DNA of 64,000 nt from Candidatus Cloacimonadota bacterium (GCA_023137125.1 JAGLPW010000098.1:13751-77750), one strand, 5' to 3'. Numbered from the stretch's first letter, positions 37,686-47,472 are shown. Numbers and translations: made by a program. The notes: generated by a model not told the origin, from the letters alone.

Positions 37686-38480
37686 TTATGATAATGAAAT
37701 ATTTCTTCTTTTAACTTTGCCGATTTCAACTAATATAACAGAGATATTATCATTTGATCCTCTTTGTATTGCGTATCTATTGAGTGATTCGACAGAAGCT
37801 TTTAAATCATTTATCCCGATAACATAATTATACAATTGAGTTGGATCTGTTTCTCGTTTATCAATTATTAATCCGTCAGAGCATAATAAAAATCCTATAC
37901 TTTCTTTTAAAGAATAGCTTGCTTTTTCCAAAGGGAAGATGTCAGGTTTGTAGATACCAAATCCTAGACATTTGGTTACTAAATGTCCAATATATTTTAT
38001 TGTTGCATCTTCAGGATAATATCCACGTTTTCTTCTGTAATCTTCTATGGCAGAATGATCTTGAGTGATTTGAAACATTGATTGAGAATTGTAATAATAT
38101 GCTCTGCTATCTCCAATATTACCTATAATATACTCGTTCCCCGCAATGAGAATGCAAGTTAAAGTAGTTCCCATACTTTTTATTTCTGTTTTTTTTCTTG
38201 CGATATTCATTATCTCTTTATCAGCAGCCTTTATTGCATTTGTTAGTGCATATTTAAGATCAAATGATGTTAAATGTGAAGAAAAATATTCTTTTAGATA
38301 ATCTTTACATTCCTCTATAGCTATCTGACTGGCAATTTCTCCACAATCCAATCCTCCCATACCATCTGCTATTGCGAAAAAATAAATATCTCTTTCAGAA
38401 TCAATTATTGTTTCAGTAATGGAATCTTGATTAATCAAGCGTCGACCAATAAATGAACGCGCGTATGAAGTAATTTTCAT
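37686..38480 (-). CDS. PP2C-family Ser/Thr protein phosphatase
   Basis: 264 aa. Motifs: NQDS, FAIADGMGG, GDSRAY, LLCSDGL, GSNDNISVILV. Confidence 0.85.
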   Translation of the reverse strand: MKITSYARSFIGRRLINQDSITETIIDSERDIYFFAIADGMGGLDCGEIASQIAIEECKDYLKEYFSSHLTSFDLKYALTNAIKAADKEIMNIARKKTEIKSMGTTLTCILIAGNEYIIGNIGDSRAYYYNSQSMFQITQDHSAIEDYRRKRGYYPEDATIKYIGHLVTKCLGFGIYKPDIFPLEKASYSLKESIGFLLCSDGLIIDKRETDPTQLYNYVIGINDLKASVESLNRYAIQRGSNDNISVILVEIGKVKRRNISLS

Positions 38481-38546
38481 AACTTCCTTATTTCATCAAA
38501 CTGGAAAGGTTGCCTGACCACTCGCAAGTGGTCAGACTAAATTCCC

Positions 38547-40046
38547 TTATTTCATAAGGATCATCTTCTTCGTCTTTTCGAAATTATCGGTTTTAAGTTT
38601 GTAGAAATAAATTCCTGAACTTACATGTTTGCCAGAATCATCTTTTCCATTCCAGATAATTGAATGCTGACCGGCTGATAACTGATCCCTGACAAGCTGT
38701 TTCACTTTTTGCCCTTTGATGTTGTAGATATTAAGTGTGACTTTTGAATCCTCTTTGAGAGAATAATTTATGATAGTGGATGGATTGAAGGGATTAGGGA
38801 ATGCATTTAACAAGCCAAAATCATGTGAAAAGTTAGAAAGTTCTTCCTCCACATTCGTTATTCCTTCTGGTGCAAGTTTTACTAAGTACATATCAAAATT
38901 GGTCCAAGTATTGTTTTCAATCCACCCTCCAAATACAAAACCTCCGTCATCGGTCTGTAGAATTGAATTACATACTTGACGGGTACCTTGTATACCACCT
39001 TCACTCATATATTCCCACTCCGAATATCCTAAGGAATTTGTTTTAATTATTTTACTGTGATGAGATGTTCGACAACAACCAATTTCAGAAAATCCACCAA
39101 GGATATATCCACTATCTGAGGTTTGTAAAACACTTTTACCTTCATCGTAACTCATAGAACCAGAATCATATATTTGAACCCAATCTAAACAAACCCAAGT
39201 ATCAATTTTCATAAGAAACATTTCCATTCCATCATAATAGGGCACGTTCGTATATCCACCTAAAATATATTCACCTTCATCAAATACTTGAATCGAATTA
39301 CAACAATCATGTAAGCCGATATCAATTATCCAAGGCCATTCCAAATTTCCGTAACTATCTGTTTTTACTAGGTAAACATCGGTAGGATCCCAATTACCAT
39401 AAACACCACTGCTCCCACCTAGAATGTATCCACCATCTTCAGTTTTATCGATAGAATAACACCTATCATCTAAGCTATCACCGAATGTCTGTTGCCACAA
39501 CAAATCACCCCAAGAATTAACTTTAAGTAAATACATATCATCTTCACCTGCACCAAAAGAGTCTGTATATCCTGCTAAAACACACGTGCTATCTTCTAAT
39601 GTTAACATAGAGTAGCAGACTTCATCACCGGGACCACCATAAGTTCTCGTCCAGAGTGTATCTCCGTTTGAATCAATTTTAACCAAATAGATATCAAGAC
39701 CACATGCTCCAAAGCTTTCAGTGTATCCAGCAGCTATAAAACTACCTCCAACAGACCTTTGGATTGAATAACATTTATCATTTAATGATCCGCCATAAGT
39801 CCTAGTCCACAGAGAATCACCTAGAGAATCTGTTTTAACTATGTAGAAATCATATATTCCACTGCCTTGAGATTCCTCCGTGATACCAGCCATGATGTAT
39901 CCACCATCATCAGTTATCTGAATCGAATTGCATTCATCTTTTCCTGGACCACCGTACATTCTTGCCCAAAGTGTGTCGGGTGCTTGAGCAAAAGTACATA
40001 TAATAAGAAACAGAAACTCTAATAAAAAAAATATTCTTTTTTTCAT
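38547..40046 (-). CDS. Secreted 7-repeat beta-propeller-like protein with a T9SS C-terminal sorting domain
   Basis: 499 aa with a signal peptide. Seven repeats of about 50 aa (W..TYGG...D.C.SI..T.DGGYI.AGYT.SFGAG..D.YLVK.D..GD). CTD AFPNPFNPSTIINYSL...KKMILMK. Confidence 0.75.
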   Translation of the reverse strand: MKKRIFFLLEFLFLIICTFAQAPDTLWARMYGGPGKDECNSIQITDDGGYIMAGITEESQGSGIYDFYIVKTDSLGDSLWTRTYGGSLNDKCYSIQRSVGGSFIAAGYTESFGACGLDIYLVKIDSNGDTLWTRTYGGPGDEVCYSMLTLEDSTCVLAGYTDSFGAGEDDMYLLKVNSWGDLLWQQTFGDSLDDRCYSIDKTEDGGYILGGSSGVYGNWDPTDVYLVKTDSYGNLEWPWIIDIGLHDCCNSIQVFDEGEYILGGYTNVPYYDGMEMFLMKIDTWVCLDWVQIYDSGSMSYDEGKSVLQTSDSGYILGGFSEIGCCRTSHHSKIIKTNSLGYSEWEYMSEGGIQGTRQVCNSILQTDDGGFVFGGWIENNTWTNFDMYLVKLAPEGITNVEEELSNFSHDFGLLNAFPNPFNPSTIINYSLKEDSKVTLNIYNIKGQKVKQLVRDQLSAGQHSIIWNGKDDSGKHVSSGIYFYKLKTDNFEKTKKMILMK

Positions 40047-40093
40047 ATTTTCCCTCCTTTTAAGGAAATACTAAAAGCATTTGGAATAAAGTT

Positions 40094-41668
40094 CTACTTC
40101 ATCAATATCATCTTTTTAGTTTCTTCGTGGTTGTCTGTCTTCAATTTATAGAAATAGATACTACTTGAAACTGATTTACCGTTATCGTCTTTCCCATTCC
40201 AAACAATTGAATGTTGACCATCTGGAAGTTGATCGTTGACAAGCTGTTTCACTTTCTGTCCTTTCAGATTGTAAATCGTTAATTCAACTTCGCTTTCTTC
40301 GGGTAGCTGATAACTTATAGTTGTAGTTGGATTGAATGGATTGGGATAATTTTGATGTAGTTGTGTAAAGCTTGGAATTACTAAATCATCTACACCAACA
40401 ACATTCTGATTTTCATAAGCTCCCATATCAATTCTTCCACCATAAATACGTGAGTTCCCGGCTAGGTCTAATTCAGGCAGATTTAATCCGGTTGTATTGG
40501 GATCACCGGTATTAACACAAGGTGATAGATCTTGCAGCATAAATGGATGATCTCCTGTTCCAACAAATAATGGGTCTTCGTCAATATTGCCAGTACCTGT
40601 CCAACCATCTTGTATATCCGAATATATCACTGTAACTGAGCCAGAAAAAATATAGATCTGTTCTGGTAAATTATCCCATAAAATGCAATTAACTAAACTT
40701 GAATTGGAACTGATGCTGTTACAAATTCCTCCACCTTGATCATAGGAAAGATTTCCAACTATTGTGCAATTAATGATCTCTGATTGCGAATTCGAAACTA
40801 GAATTCCACCACCAACTCCATCGCAATTATTTCCACTAATTAAGCAGTTGATAATATTTGCATCAGAATCCTGAATAGCTAAACCACCTACATTGTCTCC
40901 TAATGCTGAATTTCCTCTTATGATATTACATACAAATGTTGGAGAACTATTTAGGATTAATACTCCACCAGTTGTTATATTTGAAGAATTGTTTTCAATT
41001 ATGTTATTAATGAAAGTAGGATAACTTAATTCAATTGACACACCTCCAGTATGCCCCTGAGCAAAATTGTTTGAGATGATATTACCTTCAACGTAAGCAT
41101 TGGAGTTTTGGTAGAACTCAAGACCACCACAGTTCAAGGTTGTAGATGTATTGTAGGAAATTACATTATCGATGATCCTGGGATTAGAACTGTAAGCACA
41201 ACTTACTCCTCCAGTATAGTCTGCACTATTTTCAGTTATTATATTGTTACAAATAGTAGGAGATGAGCCACTCATCCAAATTCCTCCAGCAATTGTTCCC
41301 CAACCAGGATCGAGTGTGCCAGTACCTTCTGTAAGTGTAAAACCGATTATAACAGAGGTTGTATCTTCGTTAGATGTAAATCGTACACACGAGCCAAGAT
41401 CAGGATTCGTAGCTTGGCTGCCGTTAATGATTGTGTTTTCGATATGAAGTGGATCAGCATCAATCAGGAAATTACTCGCTACAGTAATCGGCTTACTTAT
41501 AAAATCGATATTTTCAAAATAAGTTCCATCTGCCACCAATACCGTATCTGTGTCGGCAGCAGCGACAATTCCTGCCTGGATCGTCGGTTGATCGGCAGGA
41601 ACGTTGATGATGGTTGAGTACAAACAAGTTGTTATTAACAAAATAAAAATTGGTATTAGCTTTTTCAT
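40094..41668 (-). CDS. Secreted right-handed beta-helix (PbH1 repeat) protein with a T9SS CTD
   Basis: About 524 aa counted from the ATG at 41668 (AAGGAGG RBS). Signal peptide and PbH1-type repeats. DMGAYEN is followed by the CTD NYPNPFNPTTTISYQL...KKMILMK. Confidence 0.75.
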   Translation of the reverse strand: MKKLIPIFILLITTCLYSTIINVPADQPTIQAGIVAAADTDTVLVADGTYFENIDFISKPITVASNFLIDADPLHIENTIINGSQATNPDLGSCVRFTSNEDTTSVIIGFTLTEGTGTLDPGWGTIAGGIWMSGSSPTICNNIITENSADYTGGVSCAYSSNPRIIDNVISYNTSTTLNCGGLEFYQNSNAYVEGNIISNNFAQGHTGGVSIELSYPTFINNIIENNSSNITTGGVLILNSSPTFVCNIIRGNSALGDNVGGLAIQDSDANIINCLISGNNCDGVGGGILVSNSQSEIINCTIVGNLSYDQGGGICNSISSNSSLVNCILWDNLPEQIYIFSGSVTVIYSDIQDGWTGTGNIDEDPLFVGTGDHPFMLQDLSPCVNTGDPNTTGLNLPELDLAGNSRIYGGRIDMGAYENQNVVGVDDLVIPSFTQLHQNYPNPFNPTTTISYQLPEESEVELTIYNLKGQKVKQLVNDQLPDGQHSIVWNGKDDNGKSVSSSIYFYKLKTDNHEETKKMILMK

Positions 41669-41700
41669 AATAGCCTCCTTGTTTATTGAAAATCTAAATA

Positions 41701-41716
41701 GCATAACCCAATCCAA
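41701..41716 (-). promoter_or_regulatory. Candidate sigma-54 promoter TTGGATTGGGTTATGC (weak -24 element)
   Basis: GG-N10-GC spacing. The -12 element, TATGC, is like the three strong sites. It lies 32 nt before the ATG at 41668. A second candidate, TTGGCATAACACTAGCA, is at 41941-41957 (minus strand). Confidence 0.35.
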
Positions 41717-41990
41717 ATAAAAAAATTATTTCTACCAGTAACTTAATTCGTAAAATAATAGGCAGTTACGTGATTTGTGGTTGTTAATAAAAATCTTAAT
41801 TTAAAGCTAAAAAATTCAAGAAGCTTTAGAATTTTATTAAAGTTTCTTTAGTTTTTTTAAATTGACAAGTAATTACATAAAACCTGATTTTGAAAATGGT
41901 TGTAAGATTTATATCTATAAGTTAATAGTTCTATTGTTTTTGCTAGTGTTATGCCAATCAGTGAATTAAATTTTATTACTAAGAGGCATT

Positions 41991-44900
41991 ATGAATTGGG
42001 AAAAAATTGTATCTAAAAAATTGATTGGCAAAGGTACATTTGGAAAAGTCTATAAAGTAACTGATGAAAAAGGCACGATCTGGGCTTTAAAAATAATTGA
42101 TAAACAGTATCATAAGTTTCGTATTCAGTTCAAAAGTGCGTTCGAAATAACCATGAAGATAAATGATATTAATTATGTAAAAGCCTACCAATGGCTCTCT
42201 GATAAAGATGTTAGCTGGGTGATGGAGTATGTGGAAGGGAAACCGATATCTGCCTTAAGGTTCTCAGATGAATTTAATTTAGACGAAATCCTGAAAGTTA
42301 TGATACAGGTCTGTAATGGATTGATGGCACTTCACAGCAAGAATATCATTCATCGGGACTTGAAACCGCAAAATATTCTTCTGAATTCAAATAATATTAT
42401 TAAAATTACAGATTTCGATTTTATAAAAATTGAACAAACCGGAAAACAGATGAGTCAATTTATTGGAACTCCCGCTTATTCATCCCCTGAACATTTTATA
42501 TCTTCTTATGACCTTGATATCAGAAGCGATCTGTATTCTCTCGGTGTAATATTATATGAACTGGTTACAGGAAAGTTACCGATCGAGGGAAAAGATGCAA
42601 AAGAGATAGGAGATAAACATCGTTTAAAACCAATTATATTGCCGACAAAGATCAATCCACTTATCCCTGAAGGAGTTGAGAAAATAATTACAGGATTATT
42701 GGAGAAAAATCCCAAAGACAGATACCAGCATGCTCATGCTGTGGCAATGGATCTATTTAAAGAAATAAAAAATAAAAAAGGTATTAAAGTTAAAGAAGAT
42801 ATTCCCTATTTGTTAAAACCAAGATTCGTGAACCGTGTAATATCATTAAAAACTCTAAATGAATTATCTGATGAGTTAGAGAGTAAAAATGGGAAAGTTG
42901 TACTGGTTCTGGGTGAATCGGGAATTGGAAAATCGAAACTGATCCAGCAGTTTTATCATTACCTGCAATTTCAGAATGTAGATTTTTATTATTCGGTTTG
43001 TAAACTTGTGGAACACTCATTTGAACCGCTATCTTCGATCTTTGAAGAGATTTTATCAGCAAAAACTGAAACTAAGAAACGGAAATATTTCGGAAAATTT
43101 GGTTGGGATCTAATTAAATTTGGAATTTTAGCAGAAAAAGAGTGGATGAATAAAATTGAGAAACCTGTTGAATTAAGCGGTAAGAGTGCTGAAATAAGAC
43201 TGTTTAATACTATGACCAACTTCATTCAAAAAGCAGCAGCCAAACCGCTGGTGATCTGTATAGATGACTTGCAATGGGCAGATGAGATAATCTTGAAGTG
43301 GCTTATCTATGCTGAGAGAAATCTAAAGGAATTTCCTGTACTGATCGTTGGTCTTCACCGTACGGAACAGCTCATTGAAGATTCATTGATCTTAAAAATA
43401 GAAAATCTGATCCAGATAAGAATAAATAATCTAAAATGTGTTGATGTTTCCGATATGATAAGATCCATGCTGGGTAAAAAAAGTTCCAGCAAAGAATTAG
43501 ATAATTTCATTAAAAGTATCATTACCCACACAAAAGGCAATCCATTATTTATCAGGGAGATTTTGTATTATTTGCAGGAAAAGAAAAAGATAACCATAGA
43601 AAATAATAAGTGGAAATTTCCCCTTGATCCGGAAATAAAAGACCTGCCATCAGATATTCACATGATCATTTTAGAAAGGATCCACGAGTTGAGCAGTGAA
43701 ACTTTAATTACTTTGCAGACAGCATCCGTTATTGGTAAGCAATTCAGCTTTGAAATGCTCATGTATATGACAAAGAAAAGTGATAATGAATTACTGGATG
43801 ACCTGATAGACTGCCGGGAAGTAAGTTTAATCGAAGGATCGGGCAATGATTATATCTTTATCCATGATAAGGTTCGAGAAGTTGTGGAGAATGAGGTTAA
43901 AGAGAAATATCCCTCCTTTTGGAAAGAACTTCACTTAAAAGCAGGAGAATTCCTGGAAGAAAAGTATTCTTCCAATCCAGATGAAGTTCTGGATGACATG
44001 GCAAATCATTATCTGGTTGCTGGGATCAGGGATAAATCAGTGAAATATTGCCAGTTGGCAGGAGATAAAGCGGGTGATAGATTTATTTTTAACAAAGCCT
44101 TATATTATTATGGATATGTTAAACAAATTATCAGCAAAGAAAGGAAAAGTATTAATAAAAATGAACAGGAATATACTGAACTTTCTAATCGACTATTTGA
44201 TGTTCAAATTAATATTATTGATATTTTCAGATGGACTGGGCAGTGGGAAAAAGCACTGGAAAATGCTGAGTTTACATTAAAAATGGCTGAAGATTTAAAC
44301 GATAAAAAGTATTTGGCAATTGCATTAAATAAAATAGGACTGCAATATTTCTACAAAGGTCTTTATCGTGAAGCAATGGAAATATTTAGAAGATATCTAA
44401 CAATTGACAGGAAAATTGGGTTTGAACTGGGTAAGTCCACAGCTTATGCAAACATGGGAATTATACATCTAAATCAAGGTGATTTGAAAAAGGCTTTAAC
44501 ATGTTTTGAGAATGAACTGAAAATTGTACGAAAATTGGGAAATATTCGAGAAGAATCTTTTGCTTATGGTTATATTGGTAATGTATATTTCGGTTATGGT
44601 AATCTAACAAAAGCCTGTGAATACTACAATAAAAAATTACATATAGCTGAGAAGTCGGGTGATAAATTGGCAATATGTGAAGTCCTGGGGGATATTGGCA
44701 GTATTTTTTTTAGGAAAGGAAATTATGACAAAGCTATGGATTATTACAAAAAAAATTTAATAATCGCCGAGGAGATCGGATACAAGCGTCGTATCTCTGT
44801 TGCTGTCGGATTAATGGGCAATGTACATTTTGTCAGGGGAGAATATGAAAAAGCAAGGAAATGTTATAATCAGAAAATGAAAATCGCAGAAGCTTTAGAC

Positions 44901-45446
44901 GAAAAACTTAGTATTATAAATTCATCATTAAGTATGGGTAAGATCCATTATTATCAAAAAGAATATAGAAGAGCTTTGGAATATTATGAAAGAGCGATTT
45001 CTCTGACAAATGAAATGGAATTGTGGATAAAGCTTCCATATATTATACTTCAAAAAGCGAAGATCAAGTATGAGCTGAAGGAATATGAAAACGCCCTTAA
45101 ATTTTCCCAAAAGGCAGATCATTTAGCTTATAAAATGAAAAATGAAGTCAGGATTTTTGAGTGTAAGTTAATGAAAATTAAAATCTTATTTAAAACTACT
45201 ATAAATAGAGAACTAAAAATAAAAAATTGCATAGAACCACTTGAGGAATTACTGGAACAAGTAAAAGATGAAGAACAAATAGCTGAAATTAATTATGAAT
45301 TAGCTGTTATGTATAGCGAATTTAAAAAGAAAACTGAAGTAGAAAAACATATAAAAAAAGGAATATCTCTATATGAAAAGCTTTATAAAAAAACTCCTAA
45401 ATTTGAATATAAAAATAAAATGGAATGCTTACAGAATTTAAATTAA
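41991..45446 (+). CDS. Ser/Thr protein kinase fused to an AAA/STAND-type NTPase and a long TPR array
   Basis: 1151 aa. Hanks kinase motifs (GKGTFGKVYK, HRDLKPQNILL, GTPAYSSPE; DFD in place of DFG). P-loop LGESGIGKS, then DDLQWAD. TPR repeats run from about residue 700 to 1000. Confidence 0.85.
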   Translation: MNWEKIVSKKLIGKGTFGKVYKVTDEKGTIWALKIIDKQYHKFRIQFKSAFEITMKINDINYVKAYQWLSDKDVSWVMEYVEGKPISALRFSDEFNLDEILKVMIQVCNGLMALHSKNIIHRDLKPQNILLNSNNIIKITDFDFIKIEQTGKQMSQFIGTPAYSSPEHFISSYDLDIRSDLYSLGVILYELVTGKLPIEGKDAKEIGDKHRLKPIILPTKINPLIPEGVEKIITGLLEKNPKDRYQHAHAVAMDLFKEIKNKKGIKVKEDIPYLLKPRFVNRVISLKTLNELSDELESKNGKVVLVLGESGIGKSKLIQQFYHYLQFQNVDFYYSVCKLVEHSFEPLSSIFEEILSAKTETKKRKYFGKFGWDLIKFGILAEKEWMNKIEKPVELSGKSAEIRLFNTMTNFIQKAAAKPLVICIDDLQWADEIILKWLIYAERNLKEFPVLIVGLHRTEQLIEDSLILKIENLIQIRINNLKCVDVSDMIRSMLGKKSSSKELDNFIKSIITHTKGNPLFIREILYYLQEKKKITIENNKWKFPLDPEIKDLPSDIHMIILERIHELSSETLITLQTASVIGKQFSFEMLMYMTKKSDNELLDDLIDCREVSLIEGSGNDYIFIHDKVREVVENEVKEKYPSFWKELHLKAGEFLEEKYSSNPDEVLDDMANHYLVAGIRDKSVKYCQLAGDKAGDRFIFNKALYYYGYVKQIISKERKSINKNEQEYTELSNRLFDVQINIIDIFRWTGQWEKALENAEFTLKMAEDLNDKKYLAIALNKIGLQYFYKGLYREAMEIFRRYLTIDRKIGFELGKSTAYANMGIIHLNQGDLKKALTCFENELKIVRKLGNIREESFAYGYIGNVYFGYGNLTKACEYYNKKLHIAEKSGDKLAICEVLGDIGSIFFRKGNYDKAMDYYKKNLIIAEEIGYKRRISVAVGLMGNVHFVRGEYEKARKCYNQKMKIAEALDEKLSIINSSLSMGKIHYYQKEYRRALEYYERAISLTNEMELWIKLPYIILQKAKIKYELKEYENALKFSQKADHLAYKMKNEVRIFECKLMKIKILFKTTINRELKIKNCIEPLEELLEQVKDEEQIAEINYELAVMYSEFKKKTEVEKHIKKGISLYEKLYKKTPKFEYKNKMECLQNLN

Positions 45447-45550
45447 ATACCTGATGTTTAATATTTATATGTATCTAATTATTAAATCTAAAAACTTTAC
45501 AAGAATTTTGCTGATTGAAATTTTAAATAAATGTAATTGGAGTATTTATT

Positions 45551-47020
45551 ATGACACGAAAAAAAAAGGATAATTATCATAATTTGTTAGATTATTTATA
45601 TTCATCAGTTGATAATTTCAAACCTGGATCCGCTTATGAATTATTATTAGCGATCTTAAGTGCTCAGTTAAATGCAGATTGCTGCCTTCTTATTAATAAA
45701 TATGAACAGATATTATACAAATCTCCTACTTTAATAGATACTGAGTTCAGTCATACCATTTTAAAAAAGGCAATAGAAAATAATGAATCCTGTTATATTC
45801 AAAATGCTGTAGATGAAAGTGGATTGAAAAATATAGAAAGTATTGCCGGACATATTTTCTTATCTGTAATATGTATTGTTTTGCATGACCAAGATAATGA
45901 AATTGTGGGAGCTTTGTATTTGGATAGACATAACCTGGAAAAGAAGGATTTTAATATTTATGATCTCAGGCAAGCAGAAGAATTTGCCAAAAATTTTTCC
46001 AACATCTTGATAGATGAAGGTCTTGAAAAAATGGAATTAACCAGGTTACGTAATGATTATGGTTTTGAGGGATTGATCGGCAAAAGCGATTCAATGCTGA
46101 GCATCTTCGAACAGATACACAAAGTTGCCCCAACTGAGTCTAACGTATTTTTGCAGGGAGAAACAGGAACGGGAAAAGAATTGGTTGCTAGAGCGATTCA
46201 TAGAAGAAGCAAACGTGCTGATTGTCCATTTATCGCTATCAACTGTTCAGCAATTCCTAAAGAGCTTTTGGAGAGTGAATTATTCGGACATGAGAGAGGC
46301 TCCTTTACCGGAGCAACGAACAAACGGAAAGGTAAATTTCAATTAGCACATAGAGGAACTTTATTTCTAGATGAGATTGGAGAATTGGAGCCAAATCTTC
46401 AAACCAAGATATTGAGAGCGTTACAGGAAAGGGAAATTCAACCGGTTGGCAGTGAGAAGATTGTTAAAGTCAATATACGCCTGATAACAGCATCCAGCAA
46501 ACAAATTACTAATGAAATCCGAAAAGGAAATTTCCGGAAAGATCTGTTTTATAGAATTAATTCCTACCAGATATTTCTTCCACCTTTAAGAGAACGTGGG
46601 AATGATATTATTTTACTGGCAGAACATTTTATCACCAAATATTGTATTGAAAATGGCAATTATATTCCTCCTCCTTATTTCACAAAAAAAGCAAAAGAAA
46701 AACTTCTTTTCTATTTCTGGGAAGGAAACGTTCGAGAAATCCAAAATACTATGGAAAATTTATCAATAAACTATACAGAGGGTAAAATAATAACTGATGA
46801 TCAACTCAAGTTTTACCCTATTGGATCTGATGACACACAAAGAGCTCAAAATAACATTTCATTAAAAGCAGCTGCTGAACAAACTGAAAAAGAGCTTATA
46901 GAATCATGTTTGATAAAACACAATTGGAGAAAGAATAAAGTAATAGAAGAACTTAATACTACTTTTCCGACGTTAGTAAAAAAAATGAAAAAATACGGAC
47001 TGGAGAAAAAATCACAATGA
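45551..47020 (+). CDS. Sigma-54-dependent transcriptional activator with an N-terminal GAF-like sensor domain
   Basis: 489 aa. Walker A GETGTGKE. GAFTGA-variant loop HERGSFTGA. Also RKDLFYRIN and a C-terminal HTH. Confidence 0.85.
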   Translation: MTRKKKDNYHNLLDYLYSSVDNFKPGSAYELLLAILSAQLNADCCLLINKYEQILYKSPTLIDTEFSHTILKKAIENNESCYIQNAVDESGLKNIESIAGHIFLSVICIVLHDQDNEIVGALYLDRHNLEKKDFNIYDLRQAEEFAKNFSNILIDEGLEKMELTRLRNDYGFEGLIGKSDSMLSIFEQIHKVAPTESNVFLQGETGTGKELVARAIHRRSKRADCPFIAINCSAIPKELLESELFGHERGSFTGATNKRKGKFQLAHRGTLFLDEIGELEPNLQTKILRALQEREIQPVGSEKIVKVNIRLITASSKQITNEIRKGNFRKDLFYRINSYQIFLPPLRERGNDIILLAEHFITKYCIENGNYIPPPYFTKKAKEKLLFYFWEGNVREIQNTMENLSINYTEGKIITDDQLKFYPIGSDDTQRAQNNISLKAAAEQTEKELIESCLIKHNWRKNKVIEELNTTFPTLVKKMKKYGLEKKSQ

Positions 47021-47025
47021 AAAGG

Positions 47026-47127
47026 TTAATTAGTCTTTGTTCTATCCCTTTCTAAAGCTTTCATTAATAAGTAAATCTGCTTAATTTCGTTGAGCAATTG
47101 AGTTCGAACTGAAGAGGTTTGGGGGTA
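47026..47127 (-). repeat. Copy 2 of the ~100-nt conserved element (see 37557-37661)
   Basis: Minus-strand frame YPQTSSVRTQLLNEIKQIYLLMKALERDRTKTN*. 7 of the 16 codons that differ from copy 1 are synonymous. Confidence 0.6.
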
Positions 47128-47136
47128 TCATTTATT

Positions 47137-47404
47137 GATTAGGGATGAGGGATGAGGGATTAAAAACGAGATGTGGCTTTGTGAAACAAAACGCATCGGT
47201 TTTATTGATGAGGGATGAGGGGTTACAAATTAGAGATTAAGAAACAAGATGTGGTTTTACGAAGTAAAACGCTTAAGCGTTGGCTTGTGAGTGGAATGAA
47301 CAAACGAAGCAATAATAAACTTAACTTTTTAATAAACTATCGGTTTTTGATGAGGGATTAGAAATTAGAAATTAGAAATTAGGAATTAGGGATTAGGGAT
47401 TAAC
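47137..47404. repeat. Heptamer tandem arrays (GATGAGG / GATTAGG / AATTAGA) interspersed with two hairpin units
   Basis: Arrays at 47137-47161 (3.5 units), 47207-47222 and 47349-47404 (8 units). Each is preceded by (CGG)TTTT(A)TTGAT. Confidence 0.8.
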
Positions 47405-47436
47405 TTAATTTTGTAATATTTCTTATTCATAGAATA

Positions 47437-47472
47437 TAGAAAAGAAAAGTGAAATCTTTTGCAAGATTTCAC
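47437..47472 (-). terminator. Rho-independent terminator GTGAAATCT-TTTGCA-AGATTTCAC followed (minus strand) by TTTTCTTTTC
   Basis: Perfect 9-bp stem. Part of a ~112-nt module that is ~95% identical to 58522-58633. Confidence 0.8.

Noticed and set aside
41669-41716. Longer N-terminal extensions given by the ORF track: 41716 for the beta-helix gene, 60678 for the S8 peptidase, 62725 for the propeller gene, 36313 for Omp85, 63162 for the orphan CTD, 1697 for hipB and 32474 for the first sigma-54 operon gene
   Set aside because: In each case an internal ATG is preceded by a strong GGAGG-type RBS and is followed directly by a signal peptide or by the domain start. The extensions would overlap promoters or operators, or would add residues ahead of the signal peptide.
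47137-47404. Possible CRISPR array or telomere-like TTAGGG repeats
   Set aside because: The units are only 7 bp, contiguous and degenerate. There are no unique spacers of 25-40 bp and no cas genes. The TTAGGGA resemblance to eukaryotic telomeres is superficial, because the context is bacterial (operons, RBSs, sigma-54 promoters). I report these as simple tandem repeats instead.
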